NCBI GenBank assembly: GCA_047601445.1
Contig: JASGJH010000001.1
Coordinates: 1,376,001 to 1,440,000 of the forward strand
From: Myxococcales bacterium
Lineage (GTDB): Bacteria; Myxococcota_A; Polyangia; Polyangiales; DASUME01
Length of the DNA stretch: 64,000 bases
Direction: 5' to 3'
The translations under genes and the position numbers were made by a program. The notes beneath the pieces were generated by a model, which saw only the letters and a program-made list of their open reading frames with translations, made no database searches and was not told the DNA's origin. Positions 58,582 through 64,000 of this stretch are shown piece by piece. How positions within the stretch are numbered: the stretch's first letter is position 1; each line of letters starts with the position of its first letter.

Positions 58582-60792
58582 CTATGGCTTGGCCTTGCTC
58601 GACTCCGCGCTACCTGGTGCCGCGTTCGTCGGCGCTGCGGTGGGTGCCGCTGGCGCTAGACTCGCGCCCTCGGCGTACACCGTCTGCGTCACATGCTGAC
58701 GGGCAAGGCGGGTCTCCGGGAACTTGGCGTTGCGCAAGATGGCGTCGGCGCAGCCCTGCACACTGGTAGGCGTGGCGAAGAAACCTTCGAGCTGTCCACC
58801 GCCCGTGACGATCATGGCCAGACGCACCGATTTGGGTTTGCTGGCATCGGCCTCGAGGCAGCGCTCGATGGCCGCCTGCAACGGACGAAAGGCCTTCTGC
58901 ACCGCCGCGCTGTCGAGGGCGTAGGGGCGCGGATCGGTGAGGGCCGGCTCGGGCTCCGGGGCGACCTGCTTGGCCTTCACGGGCTCGGCCTTGGGCTCCT
59001 CGTGCTTGGGCGGCGGCGCGTCGAGCACCGCCAGGGCGTCCTTGGCCTTCTGACGAATGGGCTCGAGCGTGAGCTCGTCGTTGGCGACCGCCTCCAGCGT
59101 CCCGCGCGCGTTCTTGGCGCGCAGCTTGCCGAGCACGTCCAATGCTGTCTGCAGTGGGGCCGCCAGATCGGAGCCGGCCGGCTCGGCGTGGTGCAGACGT
59201 ACGAAGCGATCGAGCCATGCGATGGCGGGTGCGTACTCGAGGCCCTCGAGCGCCTGGAACACCGGCACGAGCTCGCTGGCCGGCGTGTTCGGGTCCTCGG
59301 CTCGGGCGAGCAGCAAGGGCGCCGCGGCCTTGAGCTTGCTGCGCGCGGCCGCTTGCGCGAGCGCACCCACGGGGGGCGCGCTGGTACCTTCCAGGAACGA
59401 TGCCCGCTGACGTAGCGCCTCCAGGATCTCCTTGCTGTTCCCGTCGCGCTTGGCGAGTTCGTCACAGGCCGCGAGCTGCGCGGCGTTGCCCAGGCCGTTC
59501 TGCTTGGTGCACAGCCCGATGAGCTCCGCGGTCAGGCGCGCGTCGTCGGTGTGGGCCAGGTGTTGCACCGCGAAGGCGCGCCCGGGGAACAAGCGATCAT
59601 CGTCGAGCCGAGCGGCCGAGAGCAGCTGATCGTGCAGCGACGGCTCCAGGTTCTCGAGCGCCTGGCCCGCCAGGGCCGGCACGAAACTACCAGGGCGCAG
59701 GCTGACCGCGCGCAGCGGCCGCTTGAGCTCGAGCTTGGAACGCGTGGCACCTTGCCCATCCACGAAGCGCACCACGCCTTGATCGTCCGCCAGGAAGACG
59801 CCGCCTGGCTGCGTCGCTGAGCCCACCAGGTCGTGCTCGAAGGTTCGCACCCAGCGCACGCGGTCTTCCTGCCCGGCGACACCGAAAGCCATGCGATAGA
59901 AGCGGAACACCGCGAGGTCCCCTTCCACGACACCCGGCGTCGCCCCCGGACGCCATTCGAGCTTCACCTTGTGGGTCGCGTGATCGGGCTCGGGCACGAC
60001 TGCGTAGCCGTCGCGCAAGAGCGGTGGCTGCCCGGGCAGCACGCGCTTGGTCGGCGCCAACAACGTGAGCGGCCCGTCCTGATGCGCGGGCAGATCCTTC
60101 TCCACCTTGAGCCAACCGAGTTGCCCCACGAACACGCGCTCGCGATCCACCAGGGCCTGACCGACCATCAGGTTGTGGAAGGTCCAGCGCGCCAATTCGG
60201 CGCCGTTGTCCGCCGAGAGCACGCTGAGGTGCTGCGTGCCCCACGGCACGAGCACTTGGTTCTCCACCAGGGCCGGCGTGCCCACCGCTTGAGCGAGCTC
60301 CTTTTCCCAGCGCACGCTGTCGCCGACCACGAACACCAGCGAGCCGTGGGACCCGGCTTCGTCCTTGAACGCCAGGCTCACCACCAGCGCATTGCCGACA
60401 CCGTCGGCGCCCACGAGTTCACCGCCGTCATCGAGGGTCACGCGCTCGGCGCCCGTGGCAAGGTCGCGCACGACGACCCCGGCCGCCTCACGCAACACCA
60501 CCGCGTCACCTACGACCAGCGGCGCGCTCTTGGCTTCCACCGGGATCTCCCACAGTAGGCTGCCGTTGAAGTCCCAGGCCGCGAGCTTGGGCGCATCGGC
60601 GAGCACGCCCACGAGCACAGCGCGCTCCTGGCGCGGCGACGCCTTCACGATGTTCTCCGCCACCTTGGCCTCGGTGGGCGTCTCGGGCGGCGCGAACTTG
60701 GGCGCCAGTTGGCTGCCACCGCAGGCCGACAGTGCCAGCACGAGCGAGCCCGCGCACAGCGAGTTCACAGGGAGCTTCAAGGACCGGCTCAT
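58582..60792 (-). CDS. Lipoprotein: PQQ-like beta-propeller, HEAT-like repeats, small C-terminal domain
   Basis: Lipobox LSAC; GSLLWE, DLATGAER, VRWE, DNGAELARW; helical LAQAAA..AAPLL; Pro/Lys linker. Confidence 0.75.
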   Translation of the reverse strand: MSRSLKLPVNSLCAGSLVLALSACGGSQLAPKFAPPETPTEAKVAENIVKASPRQERAVLVGVLADAPKLAAWDFNGSLLWEIPVEAKSAPLVVGDAVVLREAAGVVVRDLATGAERVTLDDGGELVGADGVGNALVVSLAFKDEAGSHGSLVFVVGDSVRWEKELAQAVGTPALVENQVLVPWGTQHLSVLSADNGAELARWTFHNLMVGQALVDRERVFVGQLGWLKVEKDLPAHQDGPLTLLAPTKRVLPGQPPLLRDGYAVVPEPDHATHKVKLEWRPGATPGVVEGDLAVFRFYRMAFGVAGQEDRVRWVRTFEHDLVGSATQPGGVFLADDQGVVRFVDGQGATRSKLELKRPLRAVSLRPGSFVPALAGQALENLEPSLHDQLLSAARLDDDRLFPGRAFAVQHLAHTDDARLTAELIGLCTKQNGLGNAAQLAACDELAKRDGNSKEILEALRQRASFLEGTSAPPVGALAQAAARSKLKAAAPLLLARAEDPNTPASELVPVFQALEGLEYAPAIAWLDRFVRLHHAEPAGSDLAAPLQTALDVLGKLRAKNARGTLEAVANDELTLEPIRQKAKDALAVLDAPPPKHEEPKAEPVKAKQVAPEPEPALTDPRPYALDSAAVQKAFRPLQAAIERCLEADASKPKSVRLAMIVTGGGQLEGFFATPTSVQGCADAILRNAKFPETRLARQHVTQTVYAEGASLAPAAPTAAPTNAAPGSAESSKAKP

Positions 60793-61751
60793 GGCTTCAC
60801 CGCCTGGGCGGTCGCTTGGGCCTTGGCCTCTGCCTTCTTCGGGAAGGCCGCGAGCAAGCGCGCGTCGCCCTCCCCGGCCCGCAAGCGTTCCTGCCACCCG
60901 GCCAGCGCGCGCAGCGCGTCCTCGGTGTTCAAGGCGTCGAGGCCGCGAATGATCTTCACTTTCGTGGCAGCCGGCACGTTGCTGCGCTGCAGCCATGCCC
61001 ACAGCGCGGGCTCGGTGGCCTTCACATCGCCTTTCGCGCGCGTGAGCAAGAAGTCCAGCTGCTTGCTGGTGCCCACCTTCGCGATCGCGGTCAGCGCTCC
61101 ATCGACCCCACGCTCGAGGGCCGTGGTGAGCGCAGCCAACGCGCGCGGATCACCCACGTTACCGAGCGCCTCGGCCGCCTGCGAGCGCACCTCGGGGCTC
61201 GGATCGTCCAGCGCGAAGAGCAGTGCGGACACCGTGCTGCGCACGCGTAGCTCGCCCAGCGCCGCCACCGCCTTCTGTCGAATCTGCCAGCGCCGATGCT
61301 GCGTGAGCTCCATCAGCACCGGCGTTGCCACTGGCTGATTCAGCGCGCCCAACAGCTCGATGGCCTGCTCCGCCAGCTGTGGCGGCAAGCCACCGCGCAC
61401 ACGCGCGACCACCGCCTCCGCGGCCGCGCGTCCGCCCAACTCACCGAACGTCACGAGCGACTCCTGAATCGCCACGAGGTCGGAGCCCTGGAGCTTGGCC
61501 TGCGCCTCCTTGAGGCCACGCGCGTGCTCCTCGGGCCCGATCACGGGTGTTTTGGGCGCGTTCGGCGGCGCGGCTGACGCCTGCGTGGCAGACGTTTTGC
61601 CGCTGCTCGCTTCCATCCGGGTCGCCGATGAAACCACGACCTGAGGAGACGTCACCGCCGAGGCTGTCGGTCCTTCCTGCGCCTGCCCCAACGAGGCCAA
61701 CCACAGGAGAGAACAACAAGTCCCGAGAACTTTCCCAACGCTGCGCGCCAA
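60789..61751 (-). CDS. Exported HEAT-repeat protein
   Basis: IRQKAVAALGEL, ALDDPSPEVRSQAAEALGNVGD; ATGA overlap with the downstream gene. Start uncertain. Confidence 0.8.
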   Translation of the reverse strand: MARSVGKVLGTCCSLLWLASLGQAQEGPTASAVTSPQVVVSSATRMEASSGKTSATQASAAPPNAPKTPVIGPEEHARGLKEAQAKLQGSDLVAIQESLVTFGELGGRAAAEAVVARVRGGLPPQLAEQAIELLGALNQPVATPVLMELTQHRRWQIRQKAVAALGELRVRSTVSALLFALDDPSPEVRSQAAEALGNVGDPRALAALTTALERGVDGALTAIAKVGTSKQLDFLLTRAKGDVKATEPALWAWLQRSNVPAATKVKIIRGLDALNTEDALRALAGWQERLRAGEGDARLLAAFPKKAEAKAQATAQAVKP

Positions 61752-61963
61752 AAGGCTCTCCTTGGGCGCGGCTCCCCCCGGAGCCGAGATGCCCTTACCA
61801 AGTACCAACAAGGCTACCACGCAGCCTGTTCTCAACTGTGCACCTGGACACCGCGCAGCCGCGAAATCAGTGGGCAGGTGCGCACACTTGACGCCGAGGT
61901 CGAGGGGTCTACCCAAGTGGGCGAGCACGGTTTCGCCGGCTCACGAGAGAGGAGGATTCGAAC

Positions 61964-62320
61964 ATGGCCTATGTAGACGGTTTCGTGGTTCCCGTGCCCA
62001 AGCAGAAGCTCGCTGAGTACAAGGAACTCGCGAAGAAATCAGGCGCGCTCTGGCGCGAGCACGGCGCGCTCGAATACCACGAGTGCGTGGCGGACGACGT
62101 GCAGCCGGGCAAGCTCACCTCGTTCCCCCAAAGCGTTCAACTCAAGGACGACGAGACCGTCGTCTTCGCGTGGATCACCTATCAGTCGCGAGCCCATCGC
62201 GATGAAGTGAACGCCAAGGTGATGGCGGACCCACGCATGAAAGACATGGACCCCAAGAGCTTGCCCTTCGACGGCCTGCGCATGTTCTGGGGCGGGTTCG
62301 CGCCACTGGTCGACGCCTGA
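61964..62320 (+). CDS. DUF1428 (YbaA) family protein
   Basis: GGAGGA RBS; YVDGFVVPVP, GKLTSFP, RDEVNAKVMADPR, PFDGLRMFWGGF. Confidence 0.92.
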   Translation: MAYVDGFVVPVPKQKLAEYKELAKKSGALWREHGALEYHECVADDVQPGKLTSFPQSVQLKDDETVVFAWITYQSRAHRDEVNAKVMADPRMKDMDPKSLPFDGLRMFWGGFAPLVDA

Positions 62321-62345
62321 CAGCGCAGTACTACGCTCGGGGTCC

Positions 62346-63128
62346 ATGCACGAGCTCACCTCGATCGCGTTTTCCCACTACGTCGAGAAGGCGCGCTGGG
62401 CCCTGGAGCGTTTCGGCGTCTCCTACACCGACCATCGCTACCTCCCTTTTGTCCATTTCGCGGCCGTGTACCGCTTGCACGGCGGCAAACACGGCCGCGT
62501 CGACAAGGCGTCCACGCGCTTCTCCACGCCCGTACTGAAGACCCCCGAGGGCCAGCTGGTGTGCGACTCAGCGGACATCCTTCATTACGTCTCCGAGCGC
62601 TTCGCTCCGCCGGGCTTCGACCTCTATCCCACCCCCGAGGTCGCCGCCGTCGAGCGCAAGCTCCACGACGACCTCGGCCCCCACACACGGCGTGCGGCCT
62701 ATGGCGCGTGCTTCGCGGACCCCAGCATTCTGCGCGACCTCGCGCGGCATAACGTCGGGCCCATCCAGAGCGGCCTGTTCGTGGCTGCGTTGCCGCTCGG
62801 CATCGGCGGTCTGCGCAAAGCCCTCAACATCGACGATCGCGCCGTCGCCCGCTCCGTCGAACGCATCAAGCGCGAGTTCGATACGGTCTCGAGCGTGCTA
62901 GCGGATGGACGCCGTTACCTGGTCGGTGAGCGCTTCACTGCAGCTGACCTGGCCTTCGCCTGCATGGCCGCGCCGGTGATTTTTCCGCCCGAGTACAGCG
63001 CGTGGATGCCGCCGCTCGAGAGGCTCCCCCGCTTCGCCCGCGAGCTCACCGAGGAAATGCGTACGACGCGTGCGGGGGCCCATGCGTTGCGCATGTTCCG
63101 TGAAGAGCGCCACCGCGTGCTCGTGTAG
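62346..63128 (+). CDS. Glutathione S-transferase family protein
   Basis: SHYVEKARWAL, TPVL..DSADI, YLVGERFTAADLAFA. Confidence 0.88.
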   Translation: MHELTSIAFSHYVEKARWALERFGVSYTDHRYLPFVHFAAVYRLHGGKHGRVDKASTRFSTPVLKTPEGQLVCDSADILHYVSERFAPPGFDLYPTPEVAAVERKLHDDLGPHTRRAAYGACFADPSILRDLARHNVGPIQSGLFVAALPLGIGGLRKALNIDDRAVARSVERIKREFDTVSSVLADGRRYLVGERFTAADLAFACMAAPVIFPPEYSAWMPPLERLPRFARELTEEMRTTRAGAHALRMFREERHRVLV

Positions 63129-63146
63129 CCGCGCGGCGTGGGGCGC

Positions 63147-64000
63147 TCAGGGCGTCATCGTCATGCCGCCCGTGCTGGTGTCGACCTTGCCCTCGCTCTT
63201 CCAGATCGCCCACCAGTAGCCCTTGCCACCGAGCGGGATGTTCGGATAGGGCGACATCAGCGTGGTCTTTTCCTTGAGCTCCCAGGTGCTGGGCCAGTTG
63301 GGCTTCGGGAACTTGGTCCCAGCCACGGCATCGCCCACGGCAGCGGTGGCGAGCACCGGCGCGTCGTCGTCGCACTTGGGGAACTTCTTGGCGCCCTTCT
63401 GGCAAGGGAACGAGCTCGTGTCGACATCGTACTTGCCGAACACAGGTCCTTCGAAGTCTGCCGTGGACACGCCGGGGATATTTAGCAGCACCGCGTAGCC
63501 GCCGGTCATGGTGGCCTTGAACTCCAGCGTGCGGCAGTCGAGCTTGCCCGTGAGCTTCCCTTCGAAGGGGAACAGGCCGTCCGCCGTGCCCTTCACGTAG
63601 CCGTCCTGGATGGTGAGCTCGTCGTAGAACTCCTGTCCCGGCACCGGCTCCTCGCCGTCGGAGTTGAGCGTGAAGTAGAGGCCAGGCTTGCCCTCTAGGC
63701 CGCCCAGCGCCCAGACCGGGATCGGCGACGTGGCGCCGGTGTACGAGGAGAAGTAGTAGCCGAAGAACTCGCCCTCGTAATAGCCAGGCTTGCAGTCGCC
63801 CACGATGGCTCCGCTGCTCTCGCAGCTGCAGCTCGTCCAGTAGCCACCGGTGCAGTAGCGCATGCCGGTGCCTGCTTCGCCGTCACCACCGTCGCAGCTG
63901 CACTCTTCTTCGCCGTCACCCTCGCACTCGCCGCCGCCACCGGAGCCGTCGTCGCCGTCGCCGGTCGAGCCCTGGGAGCCGCCGACGACGGTGGCAGGGG
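63147..64000 (-). CDS. Cys/Gly-rich exported hypothetical protein (5' end beyond the window)
   Basis: Frame stays open from 63863 toward the window end (GECEGDGEEECSCDGGDGEAGTGMRYC); CKPGYYEG, GKLDC. Confidence 0.65.
   Translation of the reverse strand, partial: PATVVGGSQGSTGDGDDGSGGGGECEGDGEEECSCDGGDGEAGTGMRYCTGGYWTSCSCESSGAIVGDCKPGYYEGEFFGYYFSSYTGATSPIPVWALGGLEGKPGLYFTLNSDGEEPVPGQEFYDELTIQDGYVKGTADGLFPFEGKLTGKLDCRTLEFKATMTGGYAVLLNIPGVSTADFEGPVFGKYDVDTSSFPCQKGAKKFPKCDDDAPVLATAAVGDAVAGTKFPKPNWPSTWELKEKTTLMSPYPNIPLGGKGYWWAIWKSEGKVDTSTGGMTMTP

Noticed and set aside
1..64000. CRISPR array, rRNA, integrase, transposase, phage or known defence genes
   Set aside because: No spaced direct repeats or diagnostic motifs seen; GGC-type repeats at 46.4-46.9 kb are poly-Gly codons.

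Overview
High-GC bacterial DNA. Gene content (Hanks-type Ser/Thr kinases, TPR-PEGA protein, Cys-rich lipoproteins, ECF/anti-sigma modules) points to a myxobacterium (Myxococcota); this is an inference. The window opens with the 3' part of lon and tRNA-Val(TAC). An accessory-looking block follows (about 1.6-19.6 kb): an ECF sigma/anti-sigma operon with two large lipoproteins and an atypical di-heme bCcP/MauG-family enzyme, an organosulfur cluster (class II aldolase-like, DszB-like, esterase, two LLM monooxygenases), a POTRA-less Omp85 barrel and several gene remnants. The remainder holds a multidomain extracellular nuclease, a lipid-related region (two AraC regulators, epoxide-hydrolase-like, cholesterol-oxidase-like, FadL plus a giant lipoprotein), a 4-hydroxybutyryl-CoA dehydratase that looks thaumarchaeal, an ECF41/CMD pair, a kinase/TPR-PEGA/Gly-rich lipoprotein module, an ethanolamine permease, and a signalling cluster headed by a histidine kinase with an ETR1-type ethylene-binding domain next to a response regulator, a second kinase and a diguanylate cyclase. 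Five single-base frameshifts may be assembly errors. No CRISPR array, rRNA, integrase or transposase was seen. All family calls are motif recognition by eye; no searches were run.
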